Assembly: GCA_964343205.1 (NCBI GenBank)
Contig: CAYFID010000001.1
Span: 10,835-74,834, forward strand
Length of the DNA: 64,000 nt
Source: an uncultured Candidatus Poseidoniales archaeon
GTDB taxonomy: Archaea; Thermoplasmatota; Poseidoniia; Poseidoniales; Thalassarchaeaceae
Direction of reading: 5' to 3'
Shown here: positions 9,941 through 20,739 of the stretch, piece by piece
Layout of the letters: the number at the start of each line of letters is the position of its first letter
Numbering within the stretch: position 1 is the first letter of the stretch
Position numbers and translations under genes: made by a program
Notes under the pieces: generated by a model
The model's input: only the letters and a program-made list of their open reading frames with translations
Told to the model about the DNA's origin: nothing
Databases searched by the model: none

Positions 9941-11176
9941 CTACTCAATCCCTAATTCGAGAGACACTTGGTTGGACCACTCTAAGGCATCTAGAAGGCC
10001 GTAACCGGACTTTGAGTCGTGGGTGGAGGCTTGGTTGGATGCTGGTCTTGCAGAATTTGCCAGGGCCACCTTGACTAAATTCATTTCCTGCTGGTCAATT
10101 ATTCCATCTTCACCGGAAATCGACTCACCGTGGATGGAGAGAATCAAAGCAAGTGCCCCTGCGACGATCACTGTTGAGTCGCTAGTTCCCGTGGAGTAAG
10201 CGTATGGGGGCTCTCTGTCGTTAGAGATACAAGACCAAAGTAATACACCGGGAGCTAAAATCTCTGGCTTCTGATTGGGGAAAGAGCGGTCTTCTCCCGT
10301 TTCTGGATCTATGGGGGATCCTTTCGCGCTGTCCCCCCATGGATTACCACCTTTGTCATGGGCACCTACAGCGATAACACCTGGAAGACTAGCCGGTGTA
10401 GAAACATCAGTATTGTTGGATTGAGGATCGCTGTTACCTGCAGCTGCTACGACAAAAATTCCATCATCTAGGGCCTCTTGAACTGCTTCTACGGTCTCTG
10501 ACGTGGAAGTAACTCCCGACCCAGGTTGGCTTCCTAGGCTCAAGGAGATAACATCGGAACTCTGTGAGATCCTGCACCATCTGATAGCCTGCGAAACCAT
10601 CCTCTCGTTTCCCGACTTTCCGTCCGGCCCAAGAGCTATAGCGACAGAGAGGGAGACTCCGGGAGCTGCTCCCCTGTAAGTCCCATTAGCTACAAGCAGT
10701 CCAGCCATCAGAGTACCGTGGCTATCGTATCCGATGTCTCTAATCTCATCGTTCTCTTCTAGGTAGAAATCTCGGAACCCATGTAGTTTCAACATGGAGA
10801 AGTCGGGGTGGGAGATATCTATGCCAGTGTCGACTATACATACGCGAATACCTTCACCAAGAGTTCCGGTCGATTGTAGGCCCCTTATGCCGCTATCCTC
10901 GTATGCCCATTCAGAATCTGGTAGTACTTCACCGAGTAGCGGCGCTATAGAGGGGTATAACATGATGAACGACAATATAATCGCCGAGAATCCTACAGCA
11001 CCCCATGGCCAGAGGAACCTGACAATCGGACCCATTGGCCACCTGAGTTCCCTGGCTTCCTTGTCGCTGATACCATAGGCTTCCCCCGGATATCCGGGTG
11101 CATCGCTGTCGACGGCAGTCAAGAGGCTAGGATCTTCGGGTTCTGGCATTAGTTCCAAGTGCTGGATTCCCCTCAT
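9941..11176 (-). CDS. S8 (subtilisin-like) serine peptidase with an N-terminal membrane anchor
   Basis: IVDTG (Asp), SHGT (His), AAAGN (oxyanion Asn), KPEILAPG, GTS (Ser), SGYGLLDA; one hydrophobic segment near the N-terminus. Start could be 11149. Confidence 0.9.
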   Translation of the reverse strand: MRGIQHLELMPEPEDPSLLTAVDSDAPGYPGEAYGISDKEARELRWPMGPIVRFLWPWGAVGFSAIILSFIMLYPSIAPLLGEVLPDSEWAYEDSGIRGLQSTGTLGEGIRVCIVDTGIDISHPDFSMLKLHGFRDFYLEENDEIRDIGYDSHGTLMAGLLVANGTYRGAAPGVSLSVAIALGPDGKSGNERMVSQAIRWCRISQSSDVISLSLGSQPGSGVTSTSETVEAVQEALDDGIFVVAAAGNSDPQSNNTDVSTPASLPGVIAVGAHDKGGNPWGDSAKGSPIDPETGEDRSFPNQKPEILAPGVLLWSCISNDREPPYAYSTGTSDSTVIVAGALALILSIHGESISGEDGIIDQQEMNLVKVALANSARPASNQASTHDSKSGYGLLDALEWSNQVSLELGIE

Positions 11177-11211
11177 GGCCGATCCCCTAAATAGCGCTGT
11201 TAGTGTTAGTA

Positions 11212-14200
11212 TTAGAACGGGGCGCTAATTCTTCTTCCAGGCCTTCTAGTGAAGTATAGTAAAGCAACTAATAGTAGGATGATGAAAACATATGCCATGT
11301 ACTTGAGATTGTCATTATCCACTGAAGCCGCCCACAATTGTGCCTCGTAGACACACGAAGCCTGGCCTTCGGAGAGAGAGTTGCATGCCTCGATTTCTTC
11401 TAATGGCTCGCCTTCTATTTCGAACATGATGTAATACTTCTTTGACTCTTCGAACTGGGTGTAATCCATGTTGATGAAGAAGGCTGATTCGCTCATTGCG
11501 AAAACCGAGCCGGAGGAGCTGGAATTGACTCCAACCTTAGTCAGGCATTTGATATCCTCGCAGAGTGTGGCAAGAAGGGTTACGGTTTCTGCGTCAACAT
11601 TTCCGGAGTTTGAGATGTTAACCGAATAAGTCTCGATTCCTCCATAGCTGGCGAAAGAGCCTCCAAGGAGTCGTACTGATTCCCCTACAATCGATAGAGA
11701 AGGGGCGTCCAAAACTATAGTAGCTTGGAATGGATATGAGTTGTTTGATGAGTCAGTAACCGAGAAGTGAATGGTTTCTGTGTAGTCACTGAGTAGTTCT
11801 TGCTCCGAAACAGGGACTAGGGTGAATGTAGACAGACCATCCGTGAAAGGTGAAACTGGCTGGGTCATTGGACCTGAGACTTCCCAATAATCGGAGTTCT
11901 CGAATTGGAAGTAGAATGTCTCGTCGGCGTTTCCTAGATTCTTGAACGGGACCTGAAGTGGCACAATACTATCACTTGGAGAGAAATATACAATCTCTTG
12001 GAATTCCTCGGAAAGCTCTATTCCAGATGTTTTCGGTATGCCCACGGTCAACTCCGTCTGCGTCGAATATCCTTGGATCGTTGAAAATTTAACTAGGACC
12101 ATATGACCTTCGGGGAAGTGGTGGGCAACGCTACTGTTTGCTGGTGTAACCCTGACATTGATAGTCGAGGTTTCTACATTCTCTAGGCCCATGTCGAAAG
12201 AAATTGACTCCTGCCAGTCGCCGGTTGAGTTCTCGAATTCGACCTTCCAGAAGATTCCATCCATTCCAGGTACTGTACCCGTAACCACGTATGTGTCGAA
12301 GGAGTTGTGCCCTTCATAATCAATACTCAATGTGAATTGAGCAACCTCATATTGGCAGTCTTCCAAGCAATCTGAGTCCGCCAGTACTACGTCTATTCTA
12401 GGTTGTGAGGAGGTTGAAACGGCTATGTCTTGCTTTGAAACCCTCTCTATGCTGAGTGTCTTCACTGGAGTGTCTTGGCCAGCTCTGATAGTGACTCCTT
12501 GCCCGCCAGAGTAAGTAACGTTCCTGCCATCCTCATCGAGATCAAACTCACTTGAAATTTGTACAGTTCCAGTAACAACGAGCAACGATAGAGTGCCGTC
12601 CTGGTTCAATTGCTCAGACCAGGACATGCTGCCGAATTCGACTACTAGATCGTAGTCTTCTATCTCGGAAAGTTGGTGCTCCGCTCCGTTGAAGTCTATC
12701 CACTTGGTGTCTAAATTCAAAACCCCACCTATCGTTAGTTCGGATTCTATCGATGCGCCTTCGACACCTACCTCCAAGGGGGAAATCGAAATCAGATTTT
12801 GGCAATCTGAAGATTGGGCGTCTGTATATGCATATACAACCCAACTACCTGGTTGAACGGATGAAACCCATCCTCCGGTCCAAATAGAGGAGTTACTAGT
12901 CTTGATGACAGTGACTCGGTCACGGGAAATTCCATGCGTCGGTATTAGGACAACCTCCCAATCACCGTTTGAGATGCAAGCCTGGTCCGGGTAGGAAACA
13001 TGTCCCGAGACTTCAACCTCGCCTGCAGTGATTTCGATATCTTCAACCACAGATTCGTTACCCAATTCTACTGACAGAGTAACATTTCCGAATCCTTCCC
13101 TAACTACGAATAGGTCCCAAGAACTCTGTGCAGGGAGGAATGTTGACCATTCCCCGGTGGAACCAGTCACCAATTCATGAGTAGGGGGTGCAAATCCGGG
13201 ATTTTCTGAAGAGAGGTTGACCGTCGCGTTACCTAGGCCTTCGAAGAAACCGGGAGAGTCGTCGTCGTCTAAGTCCCAGAAGACCCGACCACTTAGTTGA
13301 ACCAGCCTCTGCACCGATAGAGTAACTTGGTGGTCCACTCCAACAGTTACCCCTGAGTCGACTAGCGAGGTGTTCTCGAGTAACATCCTGATGCCGTCTG
13401 GGTTGGTCTCATTCATCTCAACGTTCCACTGTCCAGGAGTAAATCTGACCTCCAGAGGCAGCCCTAATCCAAAGTATTGCGTAGAGAAGGAACCTAGTCC
13501 CTCTTGGGATGTGAAAGTGAGTTCCATCATCTCCAGATCGGGACCTCCCCCTGTACTGGAATTCAACTCGATGGTGACGGTTGCTAGTTGTGAAGTATAG
13601 AAATCGTATGTGCTATCAGCTGTGGACTTGGAAACAGAGATTGCCCTTCTCAAGCCTTCGTGAACTCCTGAATTGCTCTCAAATTCATCGATGATGACCA
13701 CCCATTCACCTTCGCTGATGTAATCCACAATCCGCCCATTCTCATCGGTAATGAAAGTCTGAATCCATCCGCTATTAGTGTCTAGCATTGTGACTTGGTG
13801 GTTCACCAAAAGATCCGCACTCTCGTTCCTGAATGTTATGTTTACCAGCCAAAGAGGCTCGAAACCGACGGATCTATTGATTTCAGATGGGTCTAGCCCG
13901 ACGTCGAAAATCTTGTTTATGTCGTATAGAGTATCGAAGAGTTCTCCGGCGGAGGAGTTTGCTCTGTCGACTACAATCCTGTACTTTCCTGGCTCCAGAG
14001 AGACCTGTGCCCTTCCATCAGAAACCCATTCTTGGCCGTCTAGACTGACTGAGTAGCCCGACCCGTTAGAAGTAAGAGGCTTGATCTGGAATGGGTATGA
14101 TACGGGTGTTCCGTTGGATACGTTGTTTTCTCCATCGTGGTCTATGAAAAAGTCGATATTCACGGTACTGTTTTCCTCTGGAATGATAAATAGCTCTATG

Positions 14201-17200
14201 TCCACCGAGGAGTTGATCTCACGGATTACAGAGCTTGATCCCATTTCACCTGCATCTAGTGTGAAGGACCAGTTCCCGAGGGGCAGTAGCATCTCGAACC
14301 TACCAAGTTCGTCGACCTCGACCCGCCAGACGGAGTCAGTATTTCCGTCCATGTTGTTTGCATGAGCATAAACAGGACGCCATCCCGAGAAGCCCTGGTT
14401 GTACGTGTTTCCTTCTCTGTTGAGGCTAGCACTTCCGAAGATTACCATGGCATTCCTAAGTTCGATGCTGATGTCGTCCATTCCCTCTGTGACTTGGAAC
14501 CTTGTCCCATTAGACATGAATCCACCTGCTCCAACCATCCTCTCAACTGTGGCGTCCACGAAGGCCCCAAGAGGGAGGATTACACTGAAGTTCCCATTTG
14601 AGTCGGTTGTTGAAGCAAGAGAGAATCCACCCCATTGGAATGTAATGTCCTGGAACGCCACAGGGCCTCTGGAAGTTTGCAATTCGGGAGAGTCCTTGTT
14701 GGAACTATCTATCACACTTCCATTAACAACTTGGCTAACAAGGAACTCGAATGAGGAGTTGATATCCTCGGTGCCTACACTGATTCGTTGCCATAGTTGC
14801 TTTTCTTCGTTAAGGGTGTGGTTCAAGACCCAAATTCCTGGTGAGAGTTCGGCAAAATATGATCCAGAAGTGTTGTCGAAGGATACGCTCACAGGTTCTA
14901 TAGATTGGTTCTCGGATCGGAATTTCAATTCTAGATTCTCGACGCTTTCATCTCCATCTGTGAGGGTGAATGTGATGTCAGAGGTCTGTGGTACTACAGA
15001 CGGGAATGCTGCAAGTATGTCTTGGTCTGATTCGAAGATGTAGGTCTCCGAAATCTCTGGGAATCCATCATCGTCCACGTCCACCTGGACTAGATATGAA
15101 CCGGGGATTATGGGTCCAATCTCGAATGATCCATCTTCCTCAGGAAGAACGGAGCATGGGGGAGAGACAACAGTGCTACATTCGTGCAGAAATTCTTCTG
15201 AAGAACTGTTGATTGGGAGAATAATGAGCTCACTTGAAAGTGGGTCTCCTGAGTGAAGGGAGACAGCTCCCTTGACGGCTCCACCGGAAATTGATACAGG
15301 AATCTGAGAGTTCGATGGATTTAGAGGGATCTGGAAATATTCACTCAGTTCTACAACAATGCCACCTCCAAAGTCTACAGATACAGAGTATTCCCCAGGT
15401 AGGGCGTCAACAATATGGAAAGAACCCGGACTGACCATGGGGCCACTGAAAACCCCATCTCCAGAGAATGTTCCTGATCCGTTTATAGTGCCGTAGGAAT
15501 CAAGGTTTTGGGATGAGTCTGTTACGAATGTTCCGGATCCGATGAAGGTAGCTTGGAATAGGCTTCTTGTGTATTCGCTGACACCTTCAGAGGTAAATCT
15601 CCCAGATGCGTTTAACGTGCCGTTGACTAGGTAGATTCCATCATCAAAGGAACATGCTTGAGAGCCGTTCGGTACCTCGTTATCCATACATTCTGGGACA
15701 GTGTCGGAGATTTCCCCCTCTAGCGTCCCGCGACCTGTGAATTGTCCGTCACCGGCAATACTGTGGTTGTCGTATATTGTCTGGGTGTGGGTACCTGTGA
15801 ATTCGCTTACTGAGGCAGCCCCCTCGGAAACTACTGTACCATTGCCATAGAATGTAACCTCTCCGAGACCAGTGAATCTCAGAGATTCGCCCTCTAAGCT
15901 CCCATTAGAGGTTGAAGTCACATAGGGCTGTATCGTGATCTCATCTGAGGTCGGCGTGAGTATCATGTCTGCTGAGAGAACTGGTTCACCATCGAAGTCA
16001 AGTTGGCCTGACCATGAAAGTACCCCTGATGCAGCGGAAGGTGAAACGGTGATTGAAGCATCAATTATCGATTGTCCGTTACTGTGACCATCTGTGCGAG
16101 AAATGTTAACTATCGTATGGGTGAGCCAAGTGGACCCGTAGACGTTTCCTAGAATCCCAGTCACTGGATTTACATTCCTGTTCTGCGGATCCTCTGTGAA
16201 GAGCTCACTCATCGCATAGCCCATTCCCGTCATAATCGAGGTTCTCGCTTCTTCCAAGTCGGTTTCTCCTGAGAATGCAGAAACTCTAATCTTGCCAGAC
16301 GGGACGGTGAAGGAGAATTTCCCATTCTCATCTGCTTGGGTGCTTCCTATAGGGATCCAGAATGTCCTAGAGTCGCGGTCAATTACATTTCCTTCCAAAT
16401 CCACATCCTCTTCCCCACTGAAGGCATCCCTCTCTATCAGCAGCCTAGCGTTGGGTACGGGTCCGATCCCATCAAGAGTTACAGTGCCCTCAACTGTTGC
16501 ACCGCTGTAGTATTTCAGAATCTTTACGAACCTGTTGGAGTCGTACACAGTACCGCAATACTGATCCAGCTTCGCCCCTGTCTCGTTAGTTTCACAATGG
16601 GCACCATCAGTGGGATCGTACCAATTAGAAATCACGAAATGGTTCATCATGGCGCCGGGTAGTGACATAGCACCCTCCAGGTAGCTTCCGGGGGATCCTG
16701 AAAGAGCACTTGGAGCAATCCACGCTGAAGGGGAGTCTGCATCGCCAGCAATTCCCCCTGGAGAGTCGAGGCCAAGAGAGGATGTCCCGTAACCTACGTA
16801 GGCTCTAGCAACCATGGTTTCGAAGAACTCGGCGGAATGCTGGTATTCGATATCGTTGATTGCAATCATTTCATCTGCGGTTGATGCTCCTGATGCCTGG
16901 GATCTAATATCCTCCAGATAGCTTGCCTGATATTCATCGGAGGTCATCATTCCCTGGTTTGTCTCGTATGTTGTGGTAATGTATGTGTCAAGGTCCAGTC
17001 CAGACAAATGAGTAGGTGCGTGGAAGATTCCAGTTGTTTGGCCTCTGTGGTAGCTCTGATAATCCGCGTTATACTTGCCACCCAGAGGATAAAGCCTGTT
17101 GTCAACAGCGAAATATCGAATCTCGTGGTTCCTAGTTGTAATGCCACCCTCGTAATCTGTCACTTCGTATGTGTCAATAGAGGAAATTCCATCATAAATA

Positions 17201-20200
17201 TCCACAAGTTCGTTAAGTTCGAATGCAGTAATCAAGAAAGCTCGCATCATCCCGAACTTTGCATTGGCCCTGTGTAGCCCGGTCGAGATGTCGTAGTAGT
17301 CCTCGAAAAGGTCTTTTGTGTATCTATATCCACCCATGTCATAGTGACTGGGATCTTCCATAATTTCGTATGATGAGGATGATCCTCTTGCCTCGTCGAA
17401 AAGTGACTTTGCAGCAGATTCGTTCGTGCTTGGTTCTCCGTAATTCTCACCATCCTTCAAAACTAGCCAGACCTCGTCAGTTTGAGGTATTCCGTTATTG
17501 TCCAGCAAGTGACCATGGAGTAGTTCGGTTGAGCCATATACCGCCTGTAGTGCCATTGTCCTGTCCATAACAAACTGTCTACAACTATCGCAATTACTAT
17601 TCGAGATGATTGCAGAGAATTCTTCAATCTGTTCTTCCGTCATTGAGGACTCCAGAACAACTCTGAAATCTTCGCTCATCTCTCCACCATTCAAGTTTCT
17701 ATCACCTAAAGCAAGCGTGGCAATGAACAAAGATAGTGTGTCCTCCTGACCTGCCGATAATAGCATAGCTCCGCTATTTGGTATGCCTGATTGGAAGTTA
17801 TCAGCAACGGTCGGATGTTGCCCCGAAGTAAGTGCTTGGAAACCATAATCCCACCAAGAGACAAATGCCGGTCTTTGGCTGAACGGAGTAGAATTATCCT
17901 GCTTCGACAGCCAGTCGTAGGCTTCATTCCATCCTTGTGTGTTGAAGCTAGGGCCGAATGTCCCCATGTACCAATGCCCAGTTTCAAACGGTTCGTACGG
18001 ATTGCTGTTCATCACAGAAAACAGGTTGAAGAAGTCCTGCCTAAGGATGTCTGGAGCGATGTCATATATACTCTGGTCAACTTCATAGGCGGACTGCTCG
18101 CCCCTCGGGATTCCAGAGTCTATTCCGTAAGTGGCATGCTGAGAGCTGATGAGGAGAAGAACCAGAATCATTGCTGGAACTCCAGGTCTTGACTTGGTAG
18201 CAGGCCAGAGAGATCTGAATCTTGTTCTCGGAGTTCCAATTCCTGAGTTCCTCCATACCTTGGAAAACGCTGAGAAGTTTGAGCTCCCCCATAGCATCGA
18301 GATGCCTATCCCGCCAGCTACTGCCATGGGTGGGGTCGCGTTGATTATGAAACGGCCAGCGGTCCATGCCATGTAGGTTGCGATAATGGTCCAAAGGCCT
18401 AGTAGAGTGAGACCGGACTTGCTCTTCCTGCTTCCCCTCCAAAGAAGAACGAAGGAGCACCCTATTGCTATCAAGGCTACAATAGGTCCGTACGAAGCGA
18501 ATAGAACACCTCTGTCGGGAGCCTGTGCCTCTCCGATGGTACCGAAGATCTTGTTCTTAGAGAAATAGAAACCTCCGGTGAAAAGAATATCCCAGCCAGC
18601 GTAGATTTCTGTAACCTGAAGTAAAAACAGTAGGGCCAGAATGGTACCAAAAAGTGCCGAACCCCCCATTACAACCAGTAGCCAGGGCTTATCTCTGAAG
18701 GAGCTAGATACCCATCCCACTGCGAATGTGAAGCCGATAATGTAGAACATTGGTTGCATTCCACTTGGCGCAAATAGAAGGTTCATTCCGGGCCAAGCAT
18801 AGAATGGGATGGGGATGATGATTGAAGAAATCATCATCTGAAGAGCCGCGGAAGTGAATTGTAAGCTGTCCTTTCTACGGAAAATGTTGACTGCCACTTG
18901 GAATGAGTATGCTAGGAATAGTATTCCAGGCCCATATACGAATCCCTTCCAACCCAGAGCCATCACTGCGAAGGCTATTCCGGACATGGTTGCGTTTGCC
19001 ATTAATGCAGGATTTCGCTGCCATGTGTCCCTCATTCCAGCCAGTATGTACAAGGGATTTGTACTGGTCTTCTCAAAGACCTCCTTGTGCTCTAGATTTT
19101 CAAGGGCCCTCATCCAGAAATAGAACGCAATTGCAAGGAACAACATCGCGAAGGAGTCGTGATCCGACATTGCGAATGTTGACCGGCTCATGTGTCCGGG
19201 CATCAGTGCTATCAGCCAAGCCGCGAAAATTCCCGAACGCTTGCTGTGAGCCCTTGTCGCGATTCCTGCGATTGGGAGTACGATCAGTGCACCGTATATT
19301 GCTGGGAGGGCGGACATTGACCACCATACTGCTTGGTCCGGTGAGATCTCTAGTAGCCAAGAAAGCGCGAGAGCGCCTAGTGCCAGAGACCACGAGAAAA
19401 GGGGTGGCCTCGGGTTAATGCCCCCTGAGGGGTAAGCCCTATCATGATCGAAAATTAAGTGGCTTCTTTCGGCGATTACGTAGTCCACGACCCGTTTCAT
19501 ATACCATGGGTCAGACCCGCCAGTCATGTCCCAAAGACCAGTTCCAGAGGCATTCATTGCTGGAATGACATTCCATGCCGTCCTGACAACGAGTGCGACA
19601 ACGAATGCAAGAGACACCATCATGATGTAGGAGTTCTCGTCCCACCAAGTCCGGAATCCGCTTCTATCCCTTCTAGGGGCAATGTCACCGAAGGCCCCTC
19701 TTGATGCGAAGAAGATTGCGAAGAAGTTCAGCCAGAAACCAAGGAAAAACCAGGTAAATGATCCAATGAAGCCTGTCTCAGAGAATAGAGAGGGAAGCTC
19801 ATTTCCAATCTCGTGGAGGTGCCCAATAGTGTATAAAATCCAGTTTATTGCCAGCATAGAGCTTAGCACATGCCACCCCTCTGCCCTGAAAAACGAAAAT
19901 GTAAGTACTACGAAAGCCGAGAAAAGTGCCCATACCACTCCGAGATGGCTTCCTTGAGCGAATTCGGCGAGGTCGCTAATCTGCCCCACCCAAATCACAG
20001 GTATTAGGAATCCTATGAATATCAATGAGGGATATGCCAAGACTTCCTTGTTTTCAGTAAATAGTGGAATCCTGGAAAACAGCGACCCAGTGCTCCTCTC
20101 TTCCAGAGTCCCCCGAAGCAAAATCATTACCACAAAACCCAAAGAAATCGAAGCAAGCCAGAATGAGAAGAATGCACTCCCTAATGAGGCCCTTTGAACG

Positions 20201-20679
20201 TCCAATAGGGCTGAGGATGCGGATTGGGCAATTCCTAGGTGAGCCCCATAGAACCCGGCGAGTCGAATCCCCAGTATTGTGGAGAGGAAAACTGAGGATG
20301 CTTCAAATTTCCCAGATTCATGCAGAATCGCAGTTCCCAAACCTATGATCACAAATGTTGCAACGAACATGTTGTCGAAATTTGATGGATCGGACCAGTT
20401 CGCGACTAGTGAAATAACCAGAAGAGTAATGGAAAGGGAGATAACTCTCATTGTTCCAGAATTGATAGGGATTATTGATGTTGACCTGCCTGCGCAGGCT
20501 GGCAACATCGCAGAAAAAGTAATCAGAATGGATGCGGAAATGTACTCGCTGTCAACTTCTCTTCCTTCTAGTTGAGAAGCAGCAATCAGCAGCCCCAGCA
20601 GGGAAAGTGAGATTGCGATAGGCACTCCCATTCTGGATACAAATTGGCTATCCCCAGATGCTTCAATCTCAGTTTCCAT
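11212..20679 (-). CDS. aglB: Giant oligosaccharyltransferase (AglB/STT3) with extra N-terminal TMs, a long C-terminal beta-sandwich stalk and a terminal TM
   Basis: SDPWYMKR, SDHD (DxD), TIGE (TIXE), FVSWWDYG (17842-17856), ADNFQ. These are followed by carboxypeptidase-regulatory-like repeats (TQADENGKFSFTV, TTDSNGNFSVIL), a CARDB-like ISNSGNVDA, a TM and RRPGRR. Start ATG 20679 lies 22 nt after TTGAAG. Confidence 0.88.
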   Translation of the reverse strand: METEIEASGDSQFVSRMGVPIAISLSLLGLLIAASQLEGREVDSEYISASILITFSAMLPACAGRSTSIIPINSGTMRVISLSITLLVISLVANWSDPSNFDNMFVATFVIIGLGTAILHESGKFEASSVFLSTILGIRLAGFYGAHLGIAQSASSALLDVQRASLGSAFFSFWLASISLGFVVMILLRGTLEERSTGSLFSRIPLFTENKEVLAYPSLIFIGFLIPVIWVGQISDLAEFAQGSHLGVVWALFSAFVVLTFSFFRAEGWHVLSSMLAINWILYTIGHLHEIGNELPSLFSETGFIGSFTWFFLGFWLNFFAIFFASRGAFGDIAPRRDRSGFRTWWDENSYIMMVSLAFVVALVVRTAWNVIPAMNASGTGLWDMTGGSDPWYMKRVVDYVIAERSHLIFDHDRAYPSGGINPRPPLFSWSLALGALALSWLLEISPDQAVWWSMSALPAIYGALIVLPIAGIATRAHSKRSGIFAAWLIALMPGHMSRSTFAMSDHDSFAMLFLAIAFYFWMRALENLEHKEVFEKTSTNPLYILAGMRDTWQRNPALMANATMSGIAFAVMALGWKGFVYGPGILFLAYSFQVAVNIFRRKDSLQFTSAALQMMISSIIIPIPFYAWPGMNLLFAPSGMQPMFYIIGFTFAVGWVSSSFRDKPWLLVVMGGSALFGTILALLFLLQVTEIYAGWDILFTGGFYFSKNKIFGTIGEAQAPDRGVLFASYGPIVALIAIGCSFVLLWRGSRKSKSGLTLLGLWTIIATYMAWTAGRFIINATPPMAVAGGIGISMLWGSSNFSAFSKVWRNSGIGTPRTRFRSLWPATKSRPGVPAMILVLLLISSQHATYGIDSGIPRGEQSAYEVDQSIYDIAPDILRQDFFNLFSVMNSNPYEPFETGHWYMGTFGPSFNTQGWNEAYDWLSKQDNSTPFSQRPAFVSWWDYGFQALTSGQHPTVADNFQSGIPNSGAMLLSAGQEDTLSLFIATLALGDRNLNGGEMSEDFRVVLESSMTEEQIEEFSAIISNSNCDSCRQFVMDRTMALQAVYGSTELLHGHLLDNNGIPQTDEVWLVLKDGENYGEPSTNESAAKSLFDEARGSSSSYEIMEDPSHYDMGGYRYTKDLFEDYYDISTGLHRANAKFGMMRAFLITAFELNELVDIYDGISSIDTYEVTDYEGGITTRNHEIRYFAVDNRLYPLGGKYNADYQSYHRGQTTGIFHAPTHLSGLDLDTYITTTYETNQGMMTSDEYQASYLEDIRSQASGASTADEMIAINDIEYQHSAEFFETMVARAYVGYGTSSLGLDSPGGIAGDADSPSAWIAPSALSGSPGSYLEGAMSLPGAMMNHFVISNWYDPTDGAHCETNETGAKLDQYCGTVYDSNRFVKILKYYSGATVEGTVTLDGIGPVPNARLLIERDAFSGEEDVDLEGNVIDRDSRTFWIPIGSTQADENGKFSFTVPSGKIRVSAFSGETDLEEARTSIMTGMGYAMSELFTEDPQNRNVNPVTGILGNVYGSTWLTHTIVNISRTDGHSNGQSIIDASITVSPSAASGVLSWSGQLDFDGEPVLSADMILTPTSDEITIQPYVTSTSNGSLEGESLRFTGLGEVTFYGNGTVVSEGAASVSEFTGTHTQTIYDNHSIAGDGQFTGRGTLEGEISDTVPECMDNEVPNGSQACSFDDGIYLVNGTLNASGRFTSEGVSEYTRSLFQATFIGSGTFVTDSSQNLDSYGTINGSGTFSGDGVFSGPMVSPGSFHIVDALPGEYSVSVDFGGGIVVELSEYFQIPLNPSNSQIPVSISGGAVKGAVSLHSGDPLSSELIILPINSSSEEFLHECSTVVSPPCSVLPEEDGSFEIGPIIPGSYLVQVDVDDDGFPEISETYIFESDQDILAAFPSVVPQTSDITFTLTDGDESVENLELKFRSENQSIEPVSVSFDNTSGSYFAELSPGIWVLNHTLNEEKQLWQRISVGTEDINSSFEFLVSQVVNGSVIDSSNKDSPELQTSRGPVAFQDITFQWGGFSLASTTDSNGNFSVILPLGAFVDATVERMVGAGGFMSNGTRFQVTEGMDDISIELRNAMVIFGSASLNREGNTYNQGFSGWRPVYAHANNMDGNTDSVWRVEVDELGRFEMLLPLGNWSFTLDAGEMGSSSVIREINSSVDIELFIIPEENSTVNIDFFIDHDGENNVSNGTPVSYPFQIKPLTSNGSGYSVSLDGQEWVSDGRAQVSLEPGKYRIVVDRANSSAGELFDTLYDINKIFDVGLDPSEINRSVGFEPLWLVNITFRNESADLLVNHQVTMLDTNSGWIQTFITDENGRIVDYISEGEWVVIIDEFESNSGVHEGLRRAISVSKSTADSTYDFYTSQLATVTIELNSSTGGGPDLEMMELTFTSQEGLGSFSTQYFGLGLPLEVRFTPGQWNVEMNETNPDGIRMLLENTSLVDSGVTVGVDHQVTLSVQRLVQLSGRVFWDLDDDDSPGFFEGLGNATVNLSSENPGFAPPTHELVTGSTGEWSTFLPAQSSWDLFVVREGFGNVTLSVELGNESVVEDIEITAGEVEVSGHVSYPDQACISNGDWEVVLIPTHGISRDRVTVIKTSNSSIWTGGWVSSVQPGSWVVYAYTDAQSSDCQNLISISPLEVGVEGASIESELTIGGVLNLDTKWIDFNGAEHQLSEIEDYDLVVEFGSMSWSEQLNQDGTLSLLVVTGTVQISSEFDLDEDGRNVTYSGGQGVTIRAGQDTPVKTLSIERVSKQDIAVSTSSQPRIDVVLADSDCLEDCQYEVAQFTLSIDYEGHNSFDTYVVTGTVPGMDGIFWKVEFENSTGDWQESISFDMGLENVETSTINVRVTPANSSVAHHFPEGHMVLVKFSTIQGYSTQTELTVGIPKTSGIELSEEFQEIVYFSPSDSIVPLQVPFKNLGNADETFYFQFENSDYWEVSGPMTQPVSPFTDGLSTFTLVPVSEQELLSDYTETIHFSVTDSSNNSYPFQATIVLDAPSLSIVGESVRLLGGSFASYGGIETYSVNISNSGNVDAETVTLLATLCEDIKCLTKVGVNSSSSGSVFAMSESAFFINMDYTQFEESKKYYIMFEIEGEPLEEIEACNSLSEGQASCVYEAQLWAASVDNDNLKYMAYVFIILLLVALLYFTRRPGRRISAPF

Positions 20680-20739
20680 CCCATCCACCGAACCTAGTTA
20701 CCTTCAACCTAGCAGCGCGGCGACCCAAACGCTTGTTTT

